The notes under the pieces were generated by a model. The model was not told the origin of the DNA, ran no database searches, and saw only the letters and a program-made list of their open reading frames with translations. Of a stretch of DNA of 36,855 nt, positions 1 through 8,977 are shown piece after piece (position 1 is the first letter of the stretch; each line of letters starts with the position of its first letter). The position numbers and the translations under genes were made by a program. This DNA is from a virus (Duplodnaviria; Caudoviricetes): IMG/VR virus record IMGVR_UViG_3300037461_000269, positions 1 to 36,855 of that record; one strand, written 5' to 3'.

Positions 1-1
1 A

Positions 2-781
2 ATGAAAATTGAAATCAAAAACAGATTTACGGATAATATAATAATTGTCGGGGAATATGAGTCAATAAAAGATTCATTGATAAAAAACCGCGGGGCGAAC
101 TTGTACGGGGCGGACTTGCGCGGGGCGGACTTGCGCGAGGCGGACTTGTACGGGGCGGACTTGCGCGGGGCGAACTTGCGCGGGGCGAACTTGCGCGATG
201 CGGACTTGCGCGGGGCGAACTTGTGCGAGGCGGACTTGCGCGATGCGAACTTGTACGGGGCGGACTTGCGCGAGGCGAACTTGTACGAGGCGGACTTGCG
301 CGAGGCGAACTTGTACGAGGCGGACTTGCGCGAGGCGAACTTGTACGGGGCGAACTTGCGCGGGGCGGACTTATGCGATGCGGACTTATGCGATGCGGAC
401 TTGCGCGGGGCGAACTTGCGCGATGCGGACTTGCGCGGGGCGAACTTGTGCGAGGCGGACTTGCGCGGGGCGAACTTGTACGGGGCGGACTTGCGCGATG
501 CGGACTTGCGCGGGGCGAACTTGTGCGAGGCGGACTTGCGCGGGGCGAACTTGTGCGAGGCGGACTTGTACGAGGCGGAAATAAAATTACCTATTATATC
601 AATAGCCGGGTCAATGCATTTCTTTTTTTATCAATCGGGTAATATTACAATTGGCTGTGAAAGCCACAGTATTGAATACTGGTTAATTATGTATAATATA
701 ATTGGCCGTGAATACGATTACACGCCGGAACAAATACGGGAATATGGCGAATACATAAAGATGTGCAAGAGGTTTATATGA
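2..781 (+). CDS. Pentapeptide repeat protein
   Basis: 32 tandem A(D/N)L(R/Y/C)(G/E/D) repeats (aa 32-191) flanked by MKIEIKNRFT N-terminus and ITIGCESHSIEYW C-terminal region typical of phage pentapeptide proteins. Confidence 0.95.
   Translation: MKIEIKNRFTDNIIIVGEYESIKDSLIKNRGANLYGADLRGADLREADLYGADLRGANLRGANLRDADLRGANLCEADLRDANLYGADLREANLYEADLREANLYEADLREANLYGANLRGADLCDADLCDADLRGANLRDADLRGANLCEADLRGANLYGADLRDADLRGANLCEADLRGANLCEADLYEAEIKLPIISIAGSMHFFFYQSGNITIGCESHSIEYWLIMYNIIGREYDYTPEQIREYGEYIKMCKRFI
95..574 (+). repeat. 15-bp tandem repeat x32 (gcg RAC ttR nnC gnn) encoding the pentapeptide array
   Basis: Directly visible; near-invariant gcg and ttg codons. Confidence 0.95.
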
Positions 782-927
782 TCGCAATCAAAAAAGGCAG
801 GGCGGGATTATTGGTTCATGTTGCCGTAAAATGTAAAAAATGCGGTGCGGTGGTTATCGTCCATACGGATGAAAAGAATTTTGATTCATCGAAAATAATA
901 TGCTCAAAATGCAAGGAGGGGAAATGA
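778..927 (+). CDS. Small zinc-ribbon protein (49 aa, not in ORF track)
   Basis: MIAIKKGRAGLLVHVAVKCKKCG...ICSKCKEGK; two CxxC motifs; ATGA overlaps with both neighbours. Confidence 0.65.
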   Translation: MIAIKKGRAGLLVHVAVKCKKCGAVVIVHTDEKNFDSSKIICSKCKEGK

Positions 928-1274
928 AACCGATAAAAGTTGAAATACAAGACGATTTTGAAGTTATCATTCGCGGGAATTTTTATCCTGGATATCCTGC
1001 GCCGAATTGTCAAGACCACGACGATCCACGTTTCGGTGATCCAGGGGCGGACGATGAAATAGATGATATTTCGATATCTTTGATATTTTTTAATAATGGA
1101 GAAAAATCTGAAATCGAAATTCCGTTGACAGAACAGCAAATTGATCAGATACTCGATATTGACCATGTCGCTGAAAGCATCGATGAAAATCTCAGACAGG
1201 CGGGGAATGATATTCTCGATTGCAGAAAAACAGATTATGAAGAACAATCCCGCCGGGACAGGGAGGCGAGATGA
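924..1274 (+). CDS. Hypothetical acidic phage protein
   Basis: GGAGGG RBS before ATG 924; ATGA coupling at both ends. Confidence 0.75.
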   Translation: MKPIKVEIQDDFEVIIRGNFYPGYPAPNCQDHDDPRFGDPGADDEIDDISISLIFFNNGEKSEIEIPLTEQQIDQILDIDHVAESIDENLRQAGNDILDCRKTDYEEQSRRDREAR

Positions 1275-2056
1275 TGGATCATTTTAGTTTTAGTCAATTC
1301 AATATGTTTCTGAAATGCGGTGAACAATACCGCCGCCGATATGTTGAAAAAGAAATCATCCCGCCGGGTATAGCGCTTGTGCGCGGGTCGGCGACTCATA
1401 CCGGGATTGAAGTTAATCATCGGCAAAAAAAAGAGACCCGGCAGGATCTCGAAAAAAACCATATCATCGATATAGCCGTCGATGAATTTGATAAAAAAAT
1501 AAACCGGGATGGAATCGCGACAAATGGAGACAGGCCGGTCAAGGATATCATCGGTGAAGGCCGAGATCAGACCGCCGCGCTCGCGGGCGTGTACGCTGAA
1601 CAAGTCGCGCCAAGTATTCAGCCGGTTATGGTCGAGGAAAAAATAACAATCGACATTCCGGGATTGAAACCGATTTACGCGGTGCTTGACTGCCTGGATG
1701 AAAACCATAACATCCGCGAATTTAAAACAGCGGGAAAATCTAAACCGCAGTCAGAGGCCGACAATAATCTGCAATTCTCAATTTACGGAATCGCAGTTAA
1801 AGAAAAAACCGGACGTATGCCGGAGAATATGTACATGGATGTTTTGATATCAACTAAAGAACCGAAATATCAGAGGCTTGAAACGCATCGCGCCGAAGAT
1901 TCGTATTTACACGTTATCCGACTGGCCGCCCAGGTTCAACGGGCGATTGAAAAAGGTGTTTTCCTTCCGGCGATGCCGGGGTCATGGTGGTGTTCTGACA
2001 AATGGTGCGGGTACTGGAAAAATTGTCCGTACACGCAGAATAAGATTTTTATGTGA
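1271..2056 (+). CDS. PD-(D/E)XK nuclease, RecB/Cas4-like (exonuclease, Fe-S type)
   Basis: HFSFSQ...LKCG N-terminus, GSATH, VEE...LD..D...REFKT nuclease core, QFSIY, C-terminal WWCSDKWCGYWKNCP Cys cluster. Confidence 0.88.
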   Translation: MMDHFSFSQFNMFLKCGEQYRRRYVEKEIIPPGIALVRGSATHTGIEVNHRQKKETRQDLEKNHIIDIAVDEFDKKINRDGIATNGDRPVKDIIGEGRDQTAALAGVYAEQVAPSIQPVMVEEKITIDIPGLKPIYAVLDCLDENHNIREFKTAGKSKPQSEADNNLQFSIYGIAVKEKTGRMPENMYMDVLISTKEPKYQRLETHRAEDSYLHVIRLAAQVQRAIEKGVFLPAMPGSWWCSDKWCGYWKNCPYTQNKIFM

Positions 2057-2063
2057 GGTTGAA

Positions 2064-2291
2064 ATGATAAGTTACAAAAAGAACATGGATTTAACAACAC
2101 CGCAAAAAGAACTGCTTTACTACATAATTAAACATACCAGCTCAGACGGATTCCAGCCGTCAATCTATGAAATTGCAGAGGCAACCGGGAAGGGCCCGGC
2201 GGCGGTGTCGTCCATGCTGGCATTGATTGAGCGTAAAGGATATATCCGCAGATCAGGGCATAGGCGGATTGAATTTATCAAGAAATTTTAA
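2064..2291 (+). CDS. LexA-like winged-HTH DNA-binding protein (N-terminal domain only)
   Basis: LTTPQKELLYYI...GFQPSIYEIAEATG...LERKGYIRR-like pattern matches the LexA DNA-binding domain; GAGG RBS before ATG 2064; no peptidase domain. Confidence 0.85.
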   Translation: MISYKKNMDLTTPQKELLYYIIKHTSSDGFQPSIYEIAEATGKGPAAVSSMLALIERKGYIRRSGHRRIEFIKKF

Positions 2292-2297
2292 AAATGC

Positions 2298-2326
2298 TTG
2301 ACAATGGGATCGGCGTGTAATATGGT
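2298..2326 (+). promoter_or_regulatory. sigma70-type promoter
   Basis: TTGACA (2298-2303), 17 nt spacer, TATGGT (2321-2326), in intergenic DNA. Confidence 0.7.
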
Positions 2327-2346
2327 CAATTATTGATTATGAATTG

Positions 2347-2446
2347 ACGAAGAATCTGGCCCTTCGTGAGTTTGTAAAAACTCAAAGGATTATTCATAGA
2401 GCGGTCAGAGCGGAGAAATCCGTGCTTTATGGATAATCCTTTTTTA
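2347..2446 (+). ncRNA. Candidate structured RNA / leader (three consecutive hairpins ending in a U-tract)
   Basis: ACGAAG/CTTCGT stem; GAGTTT-GTAA-AAACTC; 19-bp stem 2384-2402/2424-2442 (2 G-U pairs) enclosing CGGA-GAAA-TCCG; followed by a T-run. Confidence 0.55.
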
Positions 2447-2461
2447 ATTTTAGGTTTATCG

Positions 2462-3016
2462 ATGTCAAAAAAAAGAAAATCATTATCAAAAAAAATAAGA
2501 TTTGAAGTTTTTAAAAGGGATGGTTTTACTTGTGCGTATTGTGGAAAAACCCCACCCGAAGTTATTCTTGAAATTGATCATATTGATCCGATATCGAAGG
2601 GCGGCAAAGATAATATAAATAATTTAATTACAGCTTGTTTTGATTGTAATAGAGGGAAGGGAGATATTAAATTAAATTTAATTTCTCCTGGAATGATTGA
2701 AAATTTTGAAATTTTAAAATTAAAAGAAGAACAATTAAAAGAATATAAAAAACTAACCGCCGAAATAAAAAGACGAATAAATAAAGATATAAAAAAAATT
2801 GAAAATATTTTTATAAAACATTTTCCTCAATATGGGTTTTCGGATTCTTTCAGGGTGTCAATAAAGATTTTTTTAAAATCTTTTACTGTTGATCAATTAT
2901 GTGATAATATGCAAATATCATGTTCTAAATTTTATAATGAAGAAAATTGTGATATTTTATTAAGATATTTCTGCGGAATATGCTGGAATCAAATAAGAGA
3001 AAAAAAGAATGGCTAA
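2462..3016 (+). CDS. HNH endonuclease domain protein
   Basis: RFEVFKRDGFTCAYCG...LEIDHIDPISKGGKDNINNLITACFDCNRGK. Start could be 2429 or 2462. Confidence 0.9.
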   Translation: MSKKRKSLSKKIRFEVFKRDGFTCAYCGKTPPEVILEIDHIDPISKGGKDNINNLITACFDCNRGKGDIKLNLISPGMIENFEILKLKEEQLKEYKKLTAEIKRRINKDIKKIENIFIKHFPQYGFSDSFRVSIKIFLKSFTVDQLCDNMQISCSKFYNEENCDILLRYFCGICWNQIREKKNG

Positions 3017-3821
3017 AAAAAGATATATCAATACTGTTTTTTGGGATGATAGTTATATTTCAAATCTCGACCCTTCCGAAAAATTACTTTTTGTTTATTT
3101 AATAACAAACTCTTGTACGAATATAAGCGGTATTTATCAAATACAAATGAAAAGGATTTCTCTTGATACGGGAATTGAAAAAGAAATGTGTCAAAAAATT
3201 ATGGATCGTTTTCAAAAAGATGAAAAAATATTATTTAAAGACGGATGGATTGCAATTAAGAATTTTATCAAACATCAGAATATAAATAGTCCACAGGTTA
3301 TCCAGGGAATTAAAAACGAATTTTCTTTGGCACCGAATGAATTAAAAATATGGATTAAATTGAATATATCATCATTTACCGAAATATTAGATACTGTATC
3401 CATAGAGTATCCATACAGTATAGATACTCAATCACATCTTAATCTTAATCTTAATCTTAATTCTGATCTTAATCTTAATCTTAATTCTGATCTTAATCCT
3501 GATCTCAATCTTGATCTTAAAAAAGAGAGTGCCTTCCGGCCACCCTCTCTTGAAGAAATCAAGGCACATATGACTGAAAATAATATTACATCCTTCACGG
3601 CCGAACAGTTTTATTATTTTTACGATTCTAAAAACTGGATGATCGGAAAGAACAAAATGAAAAAATGGAAATCTGCGATACAGACGTTTAAGCACCGGGC
3701 GGACAGCGAGGTCAAAAAAGACCGGCGGATGTTTTCCGAGCGCAACGCATATATAGATTCCTTGCCGGCGGCGGAGCGTCAGAAATTGATTGACCAGGCG
3801 AAAAAGGATAAAATAAAATGA
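3009..3821 (+). CDS. Phage replication initiation protein
   Basis: RYINTVFWDD...EKLLFVYLITN N-terminal wHTH-like domain, low-complexity NLNLN linker, FRPPSLEEI...FYYFYDSKNWMIGKNKMKKWKSA C-terminal domain typical of phage replication proteins. Confidence 0.8.
   Translation: MAKKRYINTVFWDDSYISNLDPSEKLLFVYLITNSCTNISGIYQIQMKRISLDTGIEKEMCQKIMDRFQKDEKILFKDGWIAIKNFIKHQNINSPQVIQGIKNEFSLAPNELKIWIKLNISSFTEILDTVSIEYPYSIDTQSHLNLNLNLNSDLNLNLNSDLNPDLNLDLKKESAFRPPSLEEIKAHMTENNITSFTAEQFYYFYDSKNWMIGKNKMKKWKSAIQTFKHRADSEVKKDRRMFSERNAYIDSLPAAERQKLIDQAKKDKIK
3390..3518 (+). repeat. Iteron-like repeats inside the replication gene (candidate origin)
   Basis: ATACTGTAT/ATACAGTAT inverted pair and GTATCCATA direct pair at 3391-3421, then a degenerate AATCTT hexamer array 3435-3518. 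Confidence 0.55.
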
Positions 3822-4411
3822 TTAAAAAAATGATGGAAAAATTCTGCGTTGTTTATCGGCAACCATTGTATATTAAAACGCCGGACGAAAAAGGCGCAAT
3901 GCAAGAAGTACCGAATATCTCGTTGATCGAATCTTTCCGGTGGTTAGAGGAAAATATAAAGTCAGACTTTATATCTGAATTTACGCGCCTGGTTCTGGAA
4001 TCATTCGAGCCGACCACGTCCGCGCCTTTTCCACTTCCGGCTCATTTTAAAAAGATTTACGATCAATGGAATGTGTACCGGGTTCCCGATGGAATTCCCA
4101 ACCGGATCCGGCCGGATAAACAACTGACCGAAAATTCAGCGGTTCAAGGGTTTATAGAAACTGCACCGTTTGATTTACCAGAAGGTCCTGTGGACGTGTC
4201 CCTGGATAAACTGGTATTTGACGGAAATACGATGCCGGAAAAAATGTTATTGCAAAAATACGGCGTTGAAATGTGCGGGCGGTTATGGACAGCACAGGGT
4301 GAATACGCCGTCGAGCATGGGCTGGAAGGTGAAAAATTACAGGCGCACGTATTCAAGGCTGAGGATCTGGAAAAATATTTTAACAAAAAAGGAAATATAA
4401 ATGTACTGTAA
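3818..4411 (+). CDS. Hypothetical protein (position of a helicase loader/replication accessory gene)
   Basis: 197-aa ORF coupled by ATGA to the replication gene; no motif recognised. Confidence 0.7.
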   Translation: MIKKMMEKFCVVYRQPLYIKTPDEKGAMQEVPNISLIESFRWLEENIKSDFISEFTRLVLESFEPTTSAPFPLPAHFKKIYDQWNVYRVPDGIPNRIRPDKQLTENSAVQGFIETAPFDLPEGPVDVSLDKLVFDGNTMPEKMLLQKYGVEMCGRLWTAQGEYAVEHGLEGEKLQAHVFKAEDLEKYFNKKGNINVL

Positions 4412-4607
4412 TAAATGCGGGAAAGAAATTTATCACATTAAAGATTTTGCGGATTCGCATACTTGTACCTCATGTGCAAAATATAAGGCGCGAGAATGGC
4501 GGATAAAAAACAGGGATAGATTTTTAAAAGAAAATCCGGTTTATACAGTTTGCCGGAACGGAAAAATAAACATCCATGATCGATTAACCAGGATAAAGAT
4601 CGCATGA
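4401..4607 (+). CDS. Small zinc-finger protein
   Basis: CNKC...CTSC; AGGA RBS. Confidence 0.7.
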   Translation: MYCNKCGKEIYHIKDFADSHTCTSCAKYKAREWRIKNRDRFLKENPVYTVCRNGKINIHDRLTRIKIA

Positions 4608-4671
4608 AAAAAATAAAAAAATGCTTGTAAAAAAATAAGGGAATATTACAGTAAAAAAAGAGGTCTTGACA

Positions 4672-6054
4672 ATGGATGAATATGAAAAGTTTTTAGAAAA
4701 AAAAATTCACCTATCGGGGGAATTTGGATTTAAACCTGTATTCTTACCGGATTATTTATTTGATTTTCAGAAATTTTTAATTGAATGGTCTGTCAAAAAG
4801 GGCAGAGGGGCTATTTTTGCAGATTGCGGACTCGGTAAAAGTCCTATGGAATTGGTATGGGCGCAAAATATAGTTCAAAAAACGAATGGGAATGTTTTAC
4901 TTTTAACGCCGCTTGCCGTTGGGGCACAAATGAAAAGAGAGTCTGATAAATTTCAAATTGAAGCCGAGCGGTCAAGAGACGGTAAAATTCACGGGAAAAT
5001 AACAATCACGAATTATGAACAGCTCCATCATTTTGACCCAAATGATTTTCAAGGGGTGATATGTGATGAGTCCAGTATTTTAAAAAATTTTAATGGAACG
5101 TATAAACACGAAATAAATATTTTCATGCGAAAAATTAAATATAGATTGCTTGCGACGGCTACCGCCGCGCCGAATGATTTTATAGAACTCGGAACATCCA
5201 GCGAGGCGTTAGGATATCTCGGATATATGGATATGCTAAATAAATTTTTTAAAAATGATCAGAATAATAGCGCAACTAATAGACGCGGAAGATTTACGGA
5301 AGAAACAAAATGGAGACTAAAGGGTCATGCTCATGAATTTTTTTGGAGATGGATAACTTCATGGGCCAGGGCTGTGAGATTTCCGTCAGATTTGGGATTT
5401 AATGATGACGGATATATTTTGCCGGAATTGATAGAAAAAGATTTTGAACTCGAATGTGAGGGACGATACATAGAGGGTGTACTCCCCGGATGTGCTTTAC
5501 CCGCTCATGGATTAAAAGAGCAAAGAGATGAGAGGAGGGCGACGATTTCAGATCGTTGCGAGCGGGTGGCGGAAATTATAAATAACCATGATGATTTTTC
5601 TGTGGCATGGTGTAATTTAAACGACGAGGGGGATTTGCTTGAAAAAATAATAAAAAATTCCGTGCAGGTTAGTGGACGTGATTCTGATGAATCGAAAGAA
5701 GAAAAACTGATTTCTTTTTCTGAAGGAAAAATAAAAAATCTTATTATAAAACCAAAAATAGGCGCATGGGGGCTAAATTGGCAACATTGCAATCACATGA
5801 CTTTTTTCCCAACTCATTCGTACGAACAATTATATCAATCGACGCGGCGATGCTGGAGATTTGGGCAAAAAAGACCCGTGACCATAAATATGATTTTTAC
5901 ACGTGGAGATGAACAGATGATAGGAAATTTAAAACGAAAGCAGAATCAGGCAATAGAAATGTTCAATCATCTTGTTGCGGAAATGAATAATTCAATTTCA
6001 ATAAACCATGTTAAAAAATTTGAAAATAAAATGGAGATACCATCATGGCTATAA
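4672..6054 (+). CDS. SNF2-like / DEAD-box superfamily 2 helicase
   Basis: ADCGLGKS (Walker A), ICDESS (Walker B), ATATAAPND (motif III), GLNWQ and QSTRRCWRFGQ (motifs V/VI); GAGG RBS before ATG 4672. Confidence 0.92.
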   Translation: MDEYEKFLEKKIHLSGEFGFKPVFLPDYLFDFQKFLIEWSVKKGRGAIFADCGLGKSPMELVWAQNIVQKTNGNVLLLTPLAVGAQMKRESDKFQIEAERSRDGKIHGKITITNYEQLHHFDPNDFQGVICDESSILKNFNGTYKHEINIFMRKIKYRLLATATAAPNDFIELGTSSEALGYLGYMDMLNKFFKNDQNNSATNRRGRFTEETKWRLKGHAHEFFWRWITSWARAVRFPSDLGFNDDGYILPELIEKDFELECEGRYIEGVLPGCALPAHGLKEQRDERRATISDRCERVAEIINNHDDFSVAWCNLNDEGDLLEKIIKNSVQVSGRDSDESKEEKLISFSEGKIKNLIIKPKIGAWGLNWQHCNHMTFFPTHSYEQLYQSTRRCWRFGQKRPVTINMIFTRGDEQMIGNLKRKQNQAIEMFNHLVAEMNNSISINHVKKFENKMEIPSWL

Positions 6055-7016
6055 AAGATTTAGTTATTAAAAAAAATTATGCTCTGTATAACGGTGACTG
6101 TATTGATGTTATGAGGGATATGCCGGGATCATCCATTCATCTATCTGTATATTCTCCACCATTCGGCGGATTGTATCATTATTCCAGTTCGGAACGAGAT
6201 CTATCAAATTGTGATTCATATGATGATTTTTTTAATCATTATGAATATGTGGTAAAAGAAATCGAACGAATAACCAAAAAGGGAAGATGTACCGCGGTTC
6301 ATTGTATGGATGTCCCGTCTGGAAATTCAGGTAGTGACCATTTAAAAGATTTTCCCGGTGATATTATTCGATTACACGAAAGACTCGGTTTTGATTGGAT
6401 AGCTCGACATTGCATATGGAAAGAACCCCTGACGGTTAGAAATAGAACAATGCAAAAAAATCTTGCTCATAAAACCGTGGTGGATGATTCTATTTATTGT
6501 GGTGTAGCAAGCGCAGATTATTTATTGATATTCAGAAAAAAAGGAGATAATGAAAATCCAGTCTCACATCCCACAGGACTGGAATATTACGCGGGAGAAA
6601 GACAGATTCCAGATGAATTAAAAACATATAAAAATCATTCTGGAAATCAAATTGAAAATAGATATTCTCACTGGATATGGAGGCAATATGCGTCAAGTTT
6701 TTGGGATGATATACGACTTGATCATGTTTTGCCGTACAGGGAAGGAAAGGATGAGGATGACGAAAAGCATGTTCATCCCTTACAATTAGATGTTATTGAC
6801 CGCATTGTGGTTTTAAGATCGAACCCCGGAGATGTTGTTTTTACTCCTTTTATGGGAGTGGGATCTGAAGTTTTTAGCGCAGTTGAAAATAACAGGAAGG
6901 GAATAGGGGTGGAATTAAAAGAGAGTTATTATCGTCAGGCAGTTAAAAATATGAAATATGTTGATGAACATAAAGAAAAAGAGATGTTATTATTTGACAA
7001 TAATGAAGAGGTTTAA
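6045..7016 (+). CDS. Site-specific DNA methyltransferase (N4-C/N6-A, beta class)
   Basis: GDC, catalytic SPPF, HVHPLQ and SAM-binding TPFMGVGS...GIGVELKESYY in beta order. Confidence 0.92.
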   Translation: MAIKDLVIKKNYALYNGDCIDVMRDMPGSSIHLSVYSPPFGGLYHYSSSERDLSNCDSYDDFFNHYEYVVKEIERITKKGRCTAVHCMDVPSGNSGSDHLKDFPGDIIRLHERLGFDWIARHCIWKEPLTVRNRTMQKNLAHKTVVDDSIYCGVASADYLLIFRKKGDNENPVSHPTGLEYYAGERQIPDELKTYKNHSGNQIENRYSHWIWRQYASSFWDDIRLDHVLPYREGKDEDDEKHVHPLQLDVIDRIVVLRSNPGDVVFTPFMGVGSEVFSAVENNRKGIGVELKESYYRQAVKNMKYVDEHKEKEMLLFDNNEEV

Positions 7017-7017
7017 A

Positions 7018-7335
7018 ATGGACGCAAATAAAATTCTTGATACTTTGATAAAATTCCGAGATGATCGCGACTGGACAAAATTTCACACGTTGAAAAATTT
7101 GATATGTGCGTTCAACGTCGAGGCGGGCGAAATGCTCGAGATCGTGCAATGGCAGAGCAGGCCCGCGCTTAATGATTACGACAAAATGAGATTTGAAATC
7201 GCCGATTGTTTTATTTATCTTTTTAATATCTGCATATATTTCGGCATGAATGGAAAAGACATCGAGCAATTGATTTACAGAAAAATAGAAATGAATGCGG
7301 AGAAATATCCGGTAGGCACGGAAGGTGAAAAATGA
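7018..7335 (+). CDS. MazG-like nucleotide pyrophosphohydrolase (dCTP pyrophosphatase type)
   Basis: FRDDRDWTKFHTLKNL...VEAGEMLEIVQW...EIADCFIYL...KIEMNAEKYP; GAGG RBS before ATG 7018. Confidence 0.9.
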   Translation: MDANKILDTLIKFRDDRDWTKFHTLKNLICAFNVEAGEMLEIVQWQSRPALNDYDKMRFEIADCFIYLFNICIYFGMNGKDIEQLIYRKIEMNAEKYPVGTEGEK

Positions 7336-7727
7336 ATCTATTTGGGTTAATTCAAAAATCAAAAATAAAAGAATACGTCATTGAGGAACGTCGCAAAGAA
7401 CGTCGCGAAGTTGAAAAGATATGGCGGGATAAAATAGAAAACGCACTTGTCACCCAAGATAACGAACATAATATTCAGATACAAATCAAGGATGCGGAAG
7501 TTGCGGAAATGGTCAGGATAGTCCAGCAGTATAAACAGCGGATTAAAGAGGCCGAGGAAAAAGAATTCAACGCAAAAAAAATAATGTTCGCCGTCAAAGA
7601 GATGGTAGACCGTTTAGATTTTGAATATAAATCTCATGCTGAAAACGATGCGAGGTCGTATCATAATGTCAGCCTGATAAAAGACGACCTTGATAATCAT
7701 ATTAAATCTATAGGTTATAAATCATGA
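7332..7727 (+). CDS. Hypothetical coiled-coil protein
   Basis: Charged helical ORF, AGGTG RBS, ATGA overlaps. Confidence 0.7.
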   Translation: MNLFGLIQKSKIKEYVIEERRKERREVEKIWRDKIENALVTQDNEHNIQIQIKDAEVAEMVRIVQQYKQRIKEAEEKEFNAKKIMFAVKEMVDRLDFEYKSHAENDARSYHNVSLIKDDLDNHIKSIGYKS

Positions 7728-7936
7728 TAGAAATCAGAAATAAAAATAAGGCGAAAAGATTTATTATTATTGAATTTAAAAATTTAATTATTTTTTTGAT
7801 TGCTTTTTTGGTCGGGTTCATAATAATAAATCAGGTCATATTTTTTAAGGCAATTAACAGGATCGACAATAAAATGGAATCCTGGATGGAGACGGCGCAA
7901 CCGATTAAATTGATTGAGCCGTGTAAATGCAAATGA
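7724..7936 (+). CDS. Small single-pass membrane protein
   Basis: Hydrophobic LIIFLIAFLVGFIIINQVIFF segment. Confidence 0.65.
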   Translation: MIEIRNKNKAKRFIIIEFKNLIIFLIAFLVGFIIINQVIFFKAINRIDNKMESWMETAQPIKLIEPCKCK

Positions 7937-8124
7937 AAAGAGATGAAGGCGTCATGTATTCCGATTATGTTGTCTGCCGTCAATGCGGCAAGAGATTATT
8001 CAGGGATGACGCATGGAAGAAAATCATTCCAGGGATTAAGACTGATAAAGGCGAAGCCTTTTATTATTTTCATAAAGAATGCTACGAGCTTAGGAATCCG
8101 CGATGGGTTCGCAGGGGGTGTTAG
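7933..8124 (+). CDS. Small zinc-finger protein
   Basis: CRQC...HKEC; ATGA overlap at 7933. Confidence 0.65.
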   Translation: MKRDEGVMYSDYVVCRQCGKRLFRDDAWKKIIPGIKTDKGEAFYYFHKECYELRNPRWVRRGC

Positions 8125-8346
8125 ATGGGATACGGAAAAATAGAGCGTAAATGTGATTTCTGCCCGGAGGTCGTCATCGTGTCAGCATCCGACCCGCATG
8201 TTTTAGAGATTAACGGTTATGTTTGTTTTTCGCAGGATTATATCTGCCCGAAGTGCGTAAAGAGTCCGAAGAAAAAACAGGCAATCATGGATAAAATCCG
8301 AGAGATAAAAGAAATTGAAATGGACATGCTGGAAAACGGCAGATGA
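8125..8346 (+). CDS. Small zinc-finger protein
   Basis: CDFC...CPKC; GGGGGTG RBS. Confidence 0.7.
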   Translation: MGYGKIERKCDFCPEVVIVSASDPHVLEINGYVCFSQDYICPKCVKSPKKKQAIMDKIREIKEIEMDMLENGR

Positions 8347-8624
8347 AAAAACAGGGTGAATCCATAATTTTAAATCAAGTTCGCGATTATCTCCGTCTGT
8401 CCGGATGGTTCGTAATTCGATTCCAACAGGGGTTGGGAAGTCACCGGGGATTATCTGATTTACTCGCGGTCAAGGGCGGCCGTCATGTATTTATCGAGGT
8501 GAAGGTTCCTGCGGGAAAGCAATCCGAATATCAAATAAAATTTGAATCTGAAATTTTACAGCATGGCGGGGAATATGTTTTGGTGCGATGTCTGGAGGAT
8601 GTTTTATTTCTGGGGGTGAAATAA
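8343..8624 (+). CDS. VRR-NUC domain nuclease (Holliday junction resolvase-like)
   Basis: ESII...GLSDLLAVKGGRHVFIEVKVPAGKQSEYQ matches the VRR-NUC PD-(D/E)XK pattern. Confidence 0.9.
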   Translation: MKKQGESIILNQVRDYLRLSGWFVIRFQQGLGSHRGLSDLLAVKGGRHVFIEVKVPAGKQSEYQIKFESEILQHGGEYVLVRCLEDVLFLGVK

Positions 8625-8977
8625 TGGATGAAAAAGTTTTCCAGGTTCCGGCGGGAGTGTCACAGATTAAAACGATGTCGAATATGATCAGGATTTCATT
8701 CGATACGCAAGAAAATATTTCGGCGGAATCCCTGAAAAGGATATTTGAATGGAGGAATAAAATCGGGTGGCTACTATTCGCCGTTCGGCAGATTGAAACC
8801 GATGATCTTGATCTTCCGGCTATAAAATCGGATTCTAAAAAATCGCCGAGTGAACGCATGAGGGCTGTATTGTTCAGAATATGGGAACAGGATAATGGCG
8901 GGCATGAAGTGTTTGAAAATTTTTACGTCTGGTACATGGAAAAGATGATTGATAAATTGAAATCGAGGCTGACGTAA
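8624..8977 (+). CDS. Conserved phage hypothetical protein
   Basis: KSPSERMRAVLFRIWEQ...FENFYVWYMEKMI is a recurrent phage motif; RBS before ATG 8624. Confidence 0.75.
   Translation: MDEKVFQVPAGVSQIKTMSNMIRISFDTQENISAESLKRIFEWRNKIGWLLFAVRQIETDDLDLPAIKSDSKKSPSERMRAVLFRIWEQDNGGHEVFENFYVWYMEKMIDKLKSRLT

Noticed and set aside
95-574. Repeat array as a CRISPR
   Set aside because: Contiguous 15-bp coding units with no unique spacers; the nearby Cas4-like nuclease is a common stand-alone phage gene.
198-642. ORFs 198-584 and 223-642 (RTCAG/GLARG repeats)
   Set aside because: Alternative-frame shadows of the stop-free 15-bp repeat; no RBS.
4666-4671. TTGACA at 4666 as a promoter
   Set aside because: It lies between the RBS and start codon of the helicase, with no convincing -10 at the right spacing.
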